NCBI RefSeq assembly: GCF_036365525.1
Contig: NC_090396.1
Coordinates: 66,689,488-66,753,188, forward strand
Source of the DNA: Heterodontus francisci
Taxonomy: Eukaryota
Reading direction: 5' to 3'
Length of the DNA: 63,701 bases
Positions 35,427 through 59,000 of this stretch are shown one piece after another. Each line of letters begins with the position of its first letter. Within the stretch, counting starts at the first letter, position 1. Under the pieces are notes generated by a model. It had not been told where the DNA came from. It made no database searches and worked only from the letters and a program-made list of their open reading frames with translations. The translations under genes and the position numbers were made by a program.

Positions 35427-38364
35427 TTTTTTTTATTCATTCATGGGATGTAGGCGTCACTGGCCAGGCCAGCATTTATTGCCCATCCCTAATTGCCCTT
35501 GAGAAGGTGGTGGTGAGCTGCCTTCTTCAACTGCTGCAGTCTATTTGGGGTAGGTATACCCACAGTGCTGTTAGGAAGGGAGTTCCAGGATTTTGACCCA
35601 GTGACAGTGAAGGAACGGCGATATAGTTCCAAGTCAGGATGGTGTGTGACTTGGAGGGGAACTTGCAGGCGGTGGTGGTGTTCCCATGTATTTGCTGCCC
35701 TTGTCCTGCTAGTTGGTAGAGGTTGCGGGTTTGGAAGGTGCTGTCTAAGGAGCCTTGGTGCATTGCATCTTGTAGATGGTACACACTGCTGCACTGGAGG
35801 GAGTGAATGTTTGTAGATGGGGTGCCAATCAAGCAGGCTGCTTTGTCCTAGATGGTGTCGAGCTTCTTGAGTGTTGATGGAGCTGCACCCATCCAGGCAA
35901 GTGGAGAGTATTCCATCACACTCCTGACTTGTGCCTTGTAGATGGTGGACAGGCTTTGGGGAGTCAGGAGGTGAGTTACTCGCCTCAGGATTCCTAGCCT
36001 CTGACCTGCTCTTGTAGCCATGGTATTTACGTGCCTACTCCAGTTCAGTTTCTAGTCAATGGTAACCCCTAGGATGTTGATAGTGGGGGATTCAGCGATG
36101 ATAATGCCGTTGAATGCCAAGAGGAGGTGGTTAGATTATCTCTTGTTGGAGATGGTCATTGCTGGCACTTGTGTGGCGCAAATATTACTTGCCACTTATC
36201 AGCCCAAGCCTGGATATTGTCCAGGTCTTGCTGCATTTCTACACGGACTGCTTCAGTATCTGAGGAGTCACGAATGGTGCTGAACATTGTGCAATCATCA
36301 GCGAACATCCCCACTTCTGACCTTATGATTGAAGGAAGGTCATTGATGAAGCAGCTGAAGATGGTTGGGCCTAGGACACTACCCTGAGGAACTCCTGCAG
36401 TGATGTCCTGGAGCTCAGATGATTGACCTCCAACAACCACAACCATCTTCCTTTGCGCAAGGTATGACTCCAACCAGCGGAGGGTTTTCCCCCTGATTCC
36501 CATTGACCTCAGTTTTGCTAGGGCTCCTTGATGCCATACTCGGTCAAATGCTGCCTTGACGTCAAGGGCAGTCACTCTCGCCTCACCTCTTGAGTTCAGC
36601 TCTTTTGTCCATGTTTGATCCAAGGCTGTAATGAGGGCAGGAGCTGAGTGGCCCTGGCGGAACCCAAACTGAGCGTCACTGAGCAGGTTATTGCTAAGCA
36701 AGTGCCGCTTGATGGCACTGGGTGACACCTTCCATCACTTTACTAATGATTGAGAGTAGACTGATGGGGCGGTAATTGGCCGGGTTGGACTTGTCCTGCT
36801 TTTTATGTACAGGACAAAACTGGGCAATTTTCCACATTGCAGGGTAGATGCCAGTGTTGTAGCTGTACTGGAACAGCTTGGCTAGGAGCGCAGCAAGTTC
36901 TGGAGCACAGGTCTTCAGTACTATTGCCGGAACATTGTCGGGGCCCATAGCTTTTGCAGTATCCAGTGCCTTCAGTCGTTTCTTGATATCACGCGGAGTG
37001 AATCGAATTGGCTGAAGTCTGGCATCTGTGATGCTGGGGACTTCAGGAGAAGGCCGAGATGGATCAACTCGGCACTTCTGGCTGAAGATTGTTGCAAATG
37101 CTTCTGCCTTATCTTTCGCACTGACATGCTGGGCTTCCCCATCATTGAGGATGGGTATATTTGTGGAGGCACCTCCTCCAGTTAGTTGTTTAATTGTCCA
37201 CCACCATTCATGGCTGGATGTGGCAGGACTGCAGAGCTTAGAGCTGATCTGTTGGTTATGGGATCGCTTAGCTCTATCACATGCTGCTTATGCAGTTTGG
37301 CATGCAAGTAGTCCTGTGTTGTAGCTTCACCAGGTTGACACCTCATTTTGAGGTATGCCTGGTGCTGCTCCTGGCATGCCCTCCTGAACTCTTCGTTGAA
37401 CCAGGGTTGGAATCCAGCTTGATGGTAATGGTAAAGTGGGGGATATGCCGGGCCATGAGGTTACAGATTGTGGTTGAGTACAATTCTGCTGCTGCTGATG
37501 GCCCACAGCACCTCATGGATGCCCAGTTTTGCATTGGTAGATCTGTTCGAAATCTATCCCATTTAGCACGGTGATAGTGCCACACAACACGATGGATGGT
37601 ATCCTCAATGTGAAGGCGGGACTTCGTCTCCACAAGGACTGTGCGGTGGTCACTCCTACCAATACTGTCATGGACAGAAGCATCTGCGGCAGATTGGTGA
37701 GGATGAGGTCAAGTATGTTTTTCCCTCGTGTTGGTTCCCCCACCACCTGCCGCAGACGCAATCCAGCATCTCTGTCCTTTTGGACTCAGCCAGCTCGGTC
37801 AGTAGTGGTGCTACCGGGCAACTCTTGGTGATGGACATTGAGGTCCCCCACCCAGAGTACATTTTGTGCCCTTGCCACCCTCAGTGCTTCCTCCAAGTAG
37901 TGTTCAACATGGAGGAGAACTGAGTCATCAGCTGAGGGAGGGCGGTAGGTGGTAATCAGTAGGAGGTTACCTTGCCCATGTTTGACCTGATGCCATGAGA
38001 CTTAATGGGGTCCGGAGTCGATATTGAGGACTCCCAGGGCAACTCCCTTCCTACTGTATACCACTGTGCCACCACCTCTGGTGGGTCTGTCCTGCCGGTG
38101 GGACAGGACATACCCGGGGATTGTGATGGCAGTGGCTGGGACATTGCCTGTAAGGTATGATTCCGTAAGTATGACTATGTCAGGCTGTTGCTTGACTAGT
38201 CTGTGGGACAGCTCTCCCAACTTTGGCACAAGCCCCCAGATGTTAGTGAGGAGGACTTTGCAGGGTCGACAGGGCTGGGTTTGCCATTGTCGTTTCCGGT
38301 TCCTAGGTCAATGCCGGGTGGTCCGTCCAGTTTCATTCCTTGATTTTGATCTTTAGGGTTTGAT
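35427..38364 (-). mobile_element. Near full-length decayed LINE (family B, CR1/L2 group) with APE endonuclease and RT
   Basis: PDIVILTESYL..IPGY..DR..RGGG (APE); [39 protein letters not shown] and FADD (RT). Multiple frameshifts; tail ...cccatgaatgaataaaa. Confidence 0.93.
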
Positions 38365-38402
38365 GATCTTTTTTTTGCTAATGTATATATATTCAATTGA
38401 TT

Positions 38403-38500
38403 ACTTGCATCTATATAGCACTTTTCACGGCCACCGATCGTCTCAAAGCACTGTAGAGCCAATGAAGTACTTTTGAAGTGTTGTCACTGTGGTCATGTAG
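38403..38500 (-). mobile_element. Deu-SINE / L2-type 3' tail fragment
   Basis: Minus strand cacttcaaaagtacttcattggct...gctatatagatgcaagt. Confidence 0.6.
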
Positions 38501-38679
38501 TTCTATAAAGCTATATTCCCAAAACCCTACTTTGACTTGTTTCCTGTATGCAAAAATATGTGGAAAATGAATTGCATGTTACATTTTGAATTTTTTATTT
38601 TATGCTAGATATGTTCAGCTTCAATAATTGTTCCCAAAAGCTCACCCTCAGAATTATCTGATTATACCGACCAGTATCC

Positions 38680-38946
38680 AGACTTAAAACAGAGACGAGG
38701 AGAAATTACTTCTCTCAAAGGGTCGTGAGTCTGTGAAATTCACTCCCCCAGAGTGCGGTGGATACCGGGATATTGAGTAAATTTGAGCCAGATTGATTTT
38801 TATTTAGAAATGGGTTGAAGGGTTATAGAGAAAGGGCAGGAAAGTGGAGTTGAGGCCAAGATGAGATCAACCATGATCGTATTGAATGGCGGAGCAGGTT
38901 CGAGGGGCTGAATTGCCTACTACTGCTCCTAGTTCTTATGTTCTTA
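38680..38946 (+). mobile_element. CR1 3' end fragment
   Basis: FSQRVV..NSLP remnant and gaggggctgaattgcctactactgctcc tail. Confidence 0.8.
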
Positions 38947-39152
38947 TCCAGATAAATGTAATGAGATCCAGAGATTGAACAGAGAACTAGTATTACTGGT
39001 TGTTCAAATATAATCACACATGACACCACATGACCTGATCTTCAGTAGGCAAATTAGAATACATACTGTGATGCGGCTGAAGGTTATTCTATAAACAGAC
39101 TGATTTCAAGAACAGTTGTGACAGTTATGATTGATGATTTTAAAACAGTGAT

Positions 39153-39265
39153 CCTGACTGGAAACATCAACTTTGCTTCTCTCCACAGATGTTGCCAGAC
39201 CTGAATATTTTCCAGCACTTTGCTTTTATTTCAGATTTCCAGCATCTGCAGTATTTTGCTTTTAA
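39153..39265 (+). mobile_element. Degenerate short Penelope-derived element
   Basis: ctctccacagatgttgccagacctg...tttcagatttccagcatctgcagtattttgctttta matches the PLE terminus; hammerhead core decayed. Confidence 0.75.
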
Positions 39266-40615
39266 TTGTTCGAGTGAACCTGGGCAGAGACTTCTGGTTG
39301 GCCATTGGGCCTTGCCATCCTCACTGGAGGTCAGCATTTAGTCCCCATCAGGGATTACTTGATGGTTGAGCAGCAACCCTGGTTGATTTTCTAGTCCCTG
39401 CTCCAGGAGCAAATGGACTGCATTGTTAAGGCTGCTTTGGATGTGACGAGTTCATTTGAGAATTGGAATTAGTGATATTTCTGGTAAACAAAGGTAAATT
39501 GGTTAGCCTGCAGTATCCCAACATTAAGACCAGTTTTAGAATCAATCATAACTGCCATCTACAACAACCTGTATTAAGTAATTTCTTTAGGATGTGATTT
39601 CAAATTTAGCTCAGACCATATGTGACTTACAGTTCAACAGAGAAAGATTTTGGACAGTCTTGATTCAATTCCCAGGCAAGAGTTCACATCACAATTTCTG
39701 CACTAATTGACTCTAAAGTGGCTGTTTTACTGAGATCACTAAATAATTGACCATGTCACAATGGTACATGGAGGTTCTGCAATTGAAACTATTTCACTAT
39801 GTCCAAACACACTTTATTTTGGGTTTAGAATAAATGGAGTTTTACTCTGCATCTAAACATACTCTATCAGACAAGATTTTAAAATGGTCCCCTTCGGCAA
39901 CTGTTTCACCCTACCAATTTTAAGGTAGTTTCGAATGATCGAGTGACAAGCCAAATTCTCTTTCCATTACCAGATCCATAACAGCAGCAAATTCAGCCAA
40001 GTTTTCTTCTAGATGCTTATTTGCTTTGCAGGGTAGGTTTGGAGTGCCAATACCTCACAGCAGGTGTACTGCTATTCAGCAGGAGGGAAATAAAGTCAAA
40101 GCTGAAGATGACCATGTGGTTCATCCATCCAGCAACTTAAACATCCAATCATCTGTGGGGAAAGACTTCGATGCTCGTCTTAAATTTGCCTTACACAATT
40201 TTGAGCCTGTGTCCCACAGCTGTGGTTTAATTGTTCTGAAATCACATTTCCTATGTTGTCATATACCTCTTTCCAGTCTTTTATAAGCAAAAAAACTGCA
40301 CTTTACTTAGCATGGATCAGTTTCATGTTTCTTCCCTGACCTGCCTTAGAGACAGTAACCACAAGTGTGCAGTCTGACTAGAGCATTTTACAGTTTAAGG
40401 GTGGAAGAATGACTTCAATATGTGTCAGTGTACCCTTAAACAGCTTTATGATGCATGCACATATACACACATTTGAGTCTTGTTCAACATTTTAGTCTAA
40501 ACATGAATAAATTAAAAAGGTACCAGCTATTTGTTCAGGAGATACAATTAGTCCAAATGTGTAAACTTGTGTATTATCAATCAAGTACAAGCCAAGGAAT
40601 CCACTTTTTTTAAAT

Positions 40616-40621
40616 TTTATT
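40616..40621 (-). terminator. Candidate DDX5 polyadenylation signal AATAAA
   Basis: AATAAA on the minus strand about 350 nt after the stop codon, followed by U/GU-rich sequence. Confidence 0.45.
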
Positions 40622-40970
40622 TAAAATGACACTTTGGCAGTTACATACATACAGAACTCCAAGATTTTCAAACTTCCTTATTGGAAGGACATGCATCTTT
40701 ACATACACTGTGGTACTTTATGCATAAGTTAAACTTGTATAATATTAATCTGCCATTCTAATAGAAAAATCACTAACAAAAAATTTCCAAGGAATGTAAA
40801 GTAACAAATTAAATAGTGGGGAAAGTGCACCAATCCTACTGCTGCACTGCAGTCTTTCCTGGAATATCAATGGTTTCTATTAAAGAACTTTCTCATCCTC
40901 TCCTCAAACAAAAAAAGTTACAGTACAAGTCAGAAGAGAATGAAAAAACTCAACATCTAGGTTCAATAAG

Positions 40971-51251
<10,281 letters not shown>

Positions 51252-52054
51252 TAAAAGGCTGAATAAGGTACTTGACACTCAATGAAGAGCCCTACACGAA
51301 AAAGGGAGAAAGCCAGGTGGAGGCTGAAGCTAAAATGCCGGTTCCTTGTCCGCCTTTAGTCAAAGCCGGCGAGAGTGCGAGCCCGGAACTCATTCCCCAA
51401 CCGCATATCCCTCCGCAATTCAAAAACTACGTAGCAACTCTGACCCAAATATCCTTTTCCTCCTTTCATCCGCTTCCCACTTCACTCCTGTATTCTTAAT
51501 CTACATTACAAACGAATTTAATCCATCTCCCTCGCATCAAAGTGGTCTTCAAATAATTTCTCCACGCCCCATCTTTGATTTGACAGGACCTACTTTGTCT
51601 CGCTGATGATTACAAATGAGCGAGCAGAGACTCTTTTTTCCCCTTGACGACGGGATGACGTCAATAAAGCTTTGGAGTGGGAAACGTACAAATAAACATA
51701 TAATGATTAAAGAAGAAATATTCCGGCGAATGCTGTTTATACATGGTTGCTGATGGATGAAAAAATATATATACGATTTTTTTTAAAAAAAAGAACTGCT
51801 TCGGGGGCGTTGCCGCACTGCTAACGCAGTTCCGCGGGTGGGCGGTTGGTGACGTCATGCTCTGAGCCAATCAGCGGAGAGAGACGGTTTAAATGTACAG
51901 GGCCCACTGGCTATGGAAGTTAGCTGACAGCAACATGACTGAGTTATAGTTAATGTGAGGGATTGGCATTTTTATTTATTCTTTCTTTAAAAAGCAGAAG
52001 AAATTGCATTTCGTCGAAGGGGAGAATTATAACAGTTACATTTCGAGTGGCAGA
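51252..52054. promoter_or_regulatory. Bidirectional DDX5/CEP95 promoter region
   Basis: CpG-rich. Perfect CRE TGACGTCA at 51656-51663 and 51850-51857, GC box GGGCGG near 51840, CCAAT at 51867-51871. Divergent ATGs about 800 bp apart. Confidence 0.75.
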
Positions 52055-52076
52055 ATGGAAGCGCAGGATGAGAGAG
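52055..52076 (+). CDS. CEP95: Probable CEP95 first coding exon (MEAQDER + G, phase 1); exon 2 not found in window
   Basis: AGAATGG Kozak context and AG|gttggt donor. Resembles the recalled short fish CEP95 N-terminus (M.xQ.ERDW). Head-to-head position to DDX5 as in other vertebrates. Very short, so mostly inferred from synteny. Confidence 0.55.
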
Positions 52077-53494
52077 GTTGGTTATTGTTGACTTGCCTTC
52101 AGCACTAGGCCAGCTTGTGACCCTGCAATAGCACTGACAACTTTAACAAACTTTGCCAGTCTTATTAAACCACGTCAACTGCCACCTCTTTTAATTTCCA
52201 TCGTACTCTTTTGTTTAGTAGGGTTTTTGAGTTGTGTAAACCAGGAAATGTTTTTGCTTCTCTCTCAGCTGTGTAGTAACAGTGTCAAGGTAACCATAAG
52301 CTTGTTTGTAGGTACCAATTGAAGCGGCTAAAAATGGGCGTGGAGGGTCTCGCCCAGCATATTGTGTTGATTAAACTCATTTCCAGTCAAATATGGTAAA
52401 TAACGACTCAATGTATTTTATTCTCCATGTGTTACTATTTTAATATCAGCTCTCGCTGTGTTTTCCTTGTAGTGTTAAGGTGGCTGAGGGGGGTTGCTGA
52501 TGTTGTAGTGTGATACCAATGGACAATTTTTTTTTCAAAGATTTTGATCTGTTAAAAGTATTGAAATGGAATCTGCTGGGTTCGATCTCTCCTGCCTTCG
52601 CCTAAGGTGGGTGAGATGCTGCGCCTTCCGTGTTTGTCGAATCGAAAGTGCTAATGCTGGTCTGTGACGCAACATATTGAATGTTCCTTCTAGTCAGGCT
52701 GTCTTTGTCAGGATTCTTTTCTCAGTCCTTTGGTTACTACTCTTCCATGCCTGTTTGACTTTGGTGTGATTTTTATTCTTGAGACCTGATTAAATATAAT
52801 AGGAGCTAAACTATTTATTTAAATTATGGAGCTCCAAAATGTTCGTTCTTATATGTTGTAGCTAATTGTTATAATGTACTCGTGTGAAATAATGATCCTG
52901 GTGATATATTGAACTTGGGGAACTGGTATTACTAGCCGGCCTTCTGGATTAAAATTCACTTGTAATTGAAACTTTTGTAACTACTGTATGTTTATAACGT
53001 CTGGTAAAGTTTGCCTTACAAAAATTGTCAGTACTGGATTTTTGCAAAAGGCAAAGCTGTTAGAAAATATTTGTTTAAATAATAAACTGGGAAATAGCAA
53101 TTAGTGTAAATAAACTCCTTCTCCTTCTATGCAGTGACCTGTGCACTAGAGCCCACACAAATAACTTAACTAGTCTAATATGCAATTAGAATACTGTATA
53201 TCTAACTAACATCTGTGCTATGAGTCTAGCAATAATTGGTCAAGTAATAAATTGCTTAATCGGGACTCCTCAGTGACTTCAATCCTATTGCTCTTGGTTC
53301 ATAACTGTTTGAAATGCGTACTACCGCCTGTTAGCTGCGCACCGGCTAGTTTTTTGCTTTCTGTCGAGGAGCAGTGGAGATGCAGTTCTTTTTGTCATGT
53401 TTCCTTACGCCCCAGTGAACCATATGACTACCATCTACTATGTGCCCTTAATAGAGTTTAATTCCAAGCGTGAATGGTAGTGGGTAACTAAACA

Positions 53495-55290
53495 AATAAC
53501 TGGAGGAGGTGGCTCTACAAATATCCCCATCCTCAATGATGGAGAAGCCCAGCACATCAGTGCGAAAGATAAGGCTGAAGCATTTTCCGAGTTGATGATC
53601 CATCTCTGCCTCCTCCTGAAGTCCCCAGTATCACAGATGCCAGACTTCAGCCAATTCGATTCACTCCGCGTGACATCAAGAAACGACTGAAGGCACTGGA
53701 TACTGCAAAGGCTATGGGCCCTGACAATATTCCAGCAGTAGTACTAAAGACTTGTGCTCCAGAACATGCCGCACCCCTAGCCAAGCTGTTCCAGTACATA
53801 CAACACTGGCATGTACCCGGCAATGTGGAAAATTGCCCAGGTATGTCCTGTACACAAAAAGCAGGACAAGTTCAACCTGGCCAATTAGCTCCCCTTCAGT
53901 CTACTCTCAAACATCAGTAAAGTGATAGAAGGTGTTAGCGACAGTGCTATCAAGCGGCACCTCTTAGCAATAACCTGCTCAGTGACACTTAGTTTGGGTT
54001 CCGCCAGGGCCATTCAGCTCCTGACCTCATTACAGCCTTGGTTCAAACATGGACAAAATAACTGAGCTCGAGGTGAGGTGAGAGTAATTGCCCTTGACAT
54101 CAAAGCAGCATTTGACAGAGTATAGCATCAAGGAGCCCTAGCAAAACTGGAGTCAATGGGAATCGGGGGGGAAAACTGTCCGCTGGTTGGAGTCATCCCT
54201 AGCACAAAGGAAGATGGTTGTGGTTATTGGACGTCAATCATCTGAGCTCCAGGACATCATTGCAGGAGTTCCTCAAGGTAGTGTCCTAGGCCCAACCATC
54301 TTTGTTCGCTGATGATTCCACAAGGTTCGGCACCATTCGCAACTCCTCAGATACTGAAGCAGTCCGTGTAGAAATGCAGCAAGACCTGGAAAATATCCAG
54401 GCTTGGGCTGATGTGTGGCACAAATGTTACTAGCCACTTAAGTGCCAGGCAATTACCATCTCTAACAAGAGAGAATCTAACCATCTGCCCTTGATATTCA
54501 ATGGTATTAGAATCGCTGAATCCCCCACTATCAACGTCCTGGGGGTTACCATTGACCACAAACTGAACTGGAGTAGCCATATAATACCATGGCTACAAGA
54601 GCAGGTCAGAGGCTAGGAATCCTGCAGTGAGTAACTCACCTCCTGACTCCCCAAAGCCTGTCTACCATCAACAAGGCACAAGTTAGGAGTGTGATGGAAT
54701 ACTCTCCACTTGCCTGGATGGGTGCAGCTCCAACAACACTCAAGAAGCTCGACACCATCCAGGACAAAGCAGCCCGTTTGGCACCCCATCTACAAACATT
54801 CACTCCCTCCACCACTGGCACACACCGTGGCAGCAGTGTGTACCATTTACAAGATGCACTGCAGCAACGTTATTCGTGTAGGATTAGTATAAAATGGGTG
54901 GTTGATGGTCGACACAGACTCGGGCCGAAGGGCCTGTTTCAGTGCTGTATCTCTAAACTAAACTAAACGCACCAAGGCTCCTTAGCACCTTCCAAACCCA
55001 CGACCTCTACTAACTAGAAGGACAAGGGCAGCAAATGCATGGGAACACCACCACCTGTAAGTTCCCCTCCAAGTTGCACACCATCTTGACTTGGAACTAT
55101 ATCGCGTTCCTTCACAGTCGCTGAGTCAAAATCCTGGAACTCCCTTCCTAACAGTACAGTGTGTGTACCTACCTCACATGGACTGCAGCGGTTCAAGAAC
55201 GCAGCTCACCACTACCTTCTCGAGGGCAATTAGGGATGGGCAATAAATGCTGGCCTGGCCAGCGATGCCCACATGAATGAATGGGGAAAA
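53495..55290 (+). mobile_element. LINE family B, RT and 3' end (contains an HE1 tail insert at about 54875-54966)
   Basis: GPDNIPAVVLKTCAPE and [29 protein letters not shown]; shared tail. Confidence 0.92.
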
Positions 55291-56065
55291 AAAATTGAAA
55301 ATGTTTAATTATATATCAAGAGGAAATCTTCCAGTAATCTGCAAGATCAACCAGTTTGTTAACTGAGGTAGAAAAGTTTAGCAGCAATCTGCTGCACAGT
55401 ATTGAGATCTGGTGTAGATGAAAGAAAGATGTAATTTTGCATAGTGGCTTTTGTGACTGCAGGTTGTTCCAAAGCACTGTACAGCCAATGATGTACTTTT
55501 GAAGTGTAATATTGTAATAAAGGATCGATGGAGATGGGTTAGAATCTGTTTGGAGACTGGTCACAAGTGGTGTCCTGCAAAGATCACTATTGGGACTGTT
55601 GCTGTTGACTATTTTTATTAAGTTTTTGTCATGCTATATACCAGACTATAGATCAATTATACAAGCAGATCTAGATGAGCTGGGTGATTGGGTTTGTGAC
55701 TGACAGATGATTAATTTGGAAAAATGCAGTGTTATGTAGGTGAGCAGGGTGAATGCTAAACATGTATACATGCAATAATTACTGAAGCTGGTGGAAAAAG
55801 ACAGACAAGTGGGAATTCTAGGGCATAATCTTGGGTTTTCTTTTTTGATTGGCTATTAAGGTTTATGATTTGACGTTGACCCATATCGGTGGAAGTGTTT
55901 TTTTTATTATTCAGCATAAATGAGACTTGATACAATAGCTGACTAATTTACATGGTATGATTGAAAGTTGTATTATCCTGTTTATGCCTTGGGTAAAAGG
56001 CGCAGTAATAAATGCCTACACTCCCTGGTCTGAACCCCTGTCTTATCCTCAGTGTCTCTTGAAGT

Positions 56066-59000
56066 CATAGTTATACAGCACAGAAATAGGCCCTTCGGCC
56101 CACCGTGTTCATGCCGGCCATCAAGCCTATCTATGCTAATCCCATTTTTCAGCACTTGGCCCTTAGCCTTGTATGCTATGGCGTTTCAAGTGTTCATCTA
56201 AATACTTCTTAATTGTTGTGAGGGTTCCTGCCTCTACACCCCTTCAGGCAGTGTGTTCCAAATTCCAACCACCCTCTAGGTGCAAAAACGTTTCCTCACA
56301 TCCCCTCTAAACCTCCTGCCCCTTACCTTAAATCTATGTCCCCTGGTTATTGACACCTCCACTAAGGGAAAAAGCTTCTTCCTATCTATGCCCCTCATAA
56401 TTTTGTATACCTCAATCGGGTCCCCCTTCAGCCTTTTCTGCTCTAAGGAAAATAACCCTAGCCTATCCAGTCTCTCTTCATAGCTGAAATGCTCCAGCTT
56501 GGGCAACATCCTGGTGAATCTCCTCTGCACCGTCTCCAGTGCAATCATATCCTTCCTATAGTGTGGCGACTAGAACTGTACACAGTACTCCAGCTGTGGC
56601 TTAACTAGCGTTTTATACAGCTCATAACCTCCCTGCTCTTGTATTCTATGCATCGGCTAAAAGAAATGTAGAAAATAGGAGCAGGCCATTTGGCCCTTCG
56701 AGTCTGCTCCGCCATTCATTATGATCATGGCTGATCATCCAACTCAGTAGCCTGTTCTGGCTTTCGCCCCATACGCTTTGATCCCTTTAGACCCAAGAGC
56801 TATATCTGACTCCTTTTTGAAAACATACAATGTTTTGGCCTCAACTGCTTTCTGTGATGGCGAATTCCACAGGCTCACCACTCTCTGGGTGAAGAAATTT
56901 CTCCTCATCTCAGTCCTGAAAGGTTTACCCCTTATCCTTAGACTATGACCCCTGGTTCTGGACTCTTTATTTCACCCCCCCCCCCCCCCCCACCACCATC
57001 AGGAACATCATTCCTGCATCTACCCTCTCAAGTCCTGTTAGAACTTTATATGTTTCTATGAGATTCCTCCCCCGCCCCTTCTTCTGAACTCCAGCGAAAA
57101 TAATCCTAATCAACTCAATCTCTCCTCATACGTTAGTCCCGCCATCCCAGAAATCAGTCTGGTAAACCTTCGCTGCATTCCCTCTATAGCAAGAACATCT
57201 TTCCTCAGATAAGGAGACCAAAACTGCACACGCTATTCCAGGTGCCGCCTCACCAAGGCCCTGTATAATTGCAGCAAGACATCACTGCTCCTGTACTCGA
57301 ATCCTCTCGCTATGAAGGCCAACATACCATTTGCCTTTTTTACCGCCTGTTACACTAGCATGCTTACCTTCAGTGACTGGAGAACACCCAGGTCTTGCTG
57401 CATATTCCCCTCCTTCAATTTATAGCTGTTCAGATAATCTGCCTTCCTGTTTTTGCTACCAAAGTAGATAACTTCACATTTATCCTGCATTAGCCCACTC
57501 ACTCAACATGTCCAAATCACCCTGAAGCCTCTCTGCATCCTCCTCACAACTTATTCTCCCACCCAGTTTTGTGTTCTTTGCAAATTTGGCAATATTACAT
57601 TTAGTTCCCTCATCTAAATTATTAATATATATTGTAAATAGCTGGGGTCCTAGCACCGATCCCTGTGGTACCCCACTAGTCACTGCCTGCCGTTCGTAAA
57701 AGACCCATTTATCCCTACTCTTTGTTTCCTGTTCACCAACCAATTTTCTATCCATCACAATAAACTACCCCCAATCCCATGCGCTTTAATTTTACATGCT
57801 AATCTCTTATGTAGGACTTTGTCGAAAGCCTTCTGAAAGTCCAAATAAACCACATCCACTGGCTCCCTCTCATCAACTCTACTGGTTACATCCTCGAAGA
57901 AGTCTAGTGGATTTGTCAAGCATGATTTCCCTTTCATAAATCTATGCTGACTCTGCCCAATTCTACCACTGTTCTCTAAATGCTCTGTTATAAAATCTTT
58001 GATAATGGACTCTAGAATTTTCCCCACTACCGACGTCAGGCTGACTGGTCTATAATTCCCTGCTTTCTCTCTACCTCCCTTTTTAAATAGTGGGGTTACA
58101 TAAGCTACCCTCCAATCTGTAGGAACTGTTCCAGAGTCTATAGAATCTTGGAAAATGACCATCAATCGATCCACTATTTCTAGGGCCACTTCCTTAAGTA
58201 CTCTGGGATGCATACCATCAGGCCCTGGGAATTTATCGGCCCTCAATCCCATCAATTTCCCCAACACCATTTCTCTACTAATACTGATTTCTTTCAGTTC
58301 CCCTCTGTCACTAAGCCCTGTGTTCCCCAATATTTCTAGTATGATATTTGTATCTTCCTTTGTGAAGACGGAACCAAAATATGCATTTAGTTGGTCAGCC
58401 ATTTCTATATTGCCCATAATAAATTCCCCTCTTTCTGACTGTAAGGGACCTACATTTGTCTTCAATCTTTTTCTCTTCACATACCTATAGAAACTTTTAC
58501 GGTCAGTTTTTATGTTCCCCGCCAGCTTGCTCTCATACTCCTATTTTCCTCTTCTTAATCAATCCCTTGGTCCTCCTTTTGCTGAATTCTAAACTGCTCC
58601 CAATCCTCAGGTCTGTTGGTTTTTCCTGGCAAATTTATATGCCTCTTCCTTGGATCTAATGCTATCTCTAATTTCCTTTTGTAAGCTATGGTTTGGCTAC
58701 CTTTCCCATTTTACTTTTGCGCCAGACAGGGATAAACAATTGTTGCAGTTCATCCATGCGCTCTTAAAATGTTTGCCATTGCCTATCCACCGTCATCCCT
58801 TTTAAGTAACGTTCCCCAATCCGTCATGGCCAACTCGCACCTCATACTAAGATTCAGGACCCTTGTCTCGGAATCAACTACGTCACTCTCCATCTTGATG
58901 AAGAATTCTATCATATTATGGTCGCTTGTCCCCAAGGGGTCTCGCACCACTAGATTGTCAATTATTCTTCTCTCATTACACAATATCCAGTCTAGGATGG

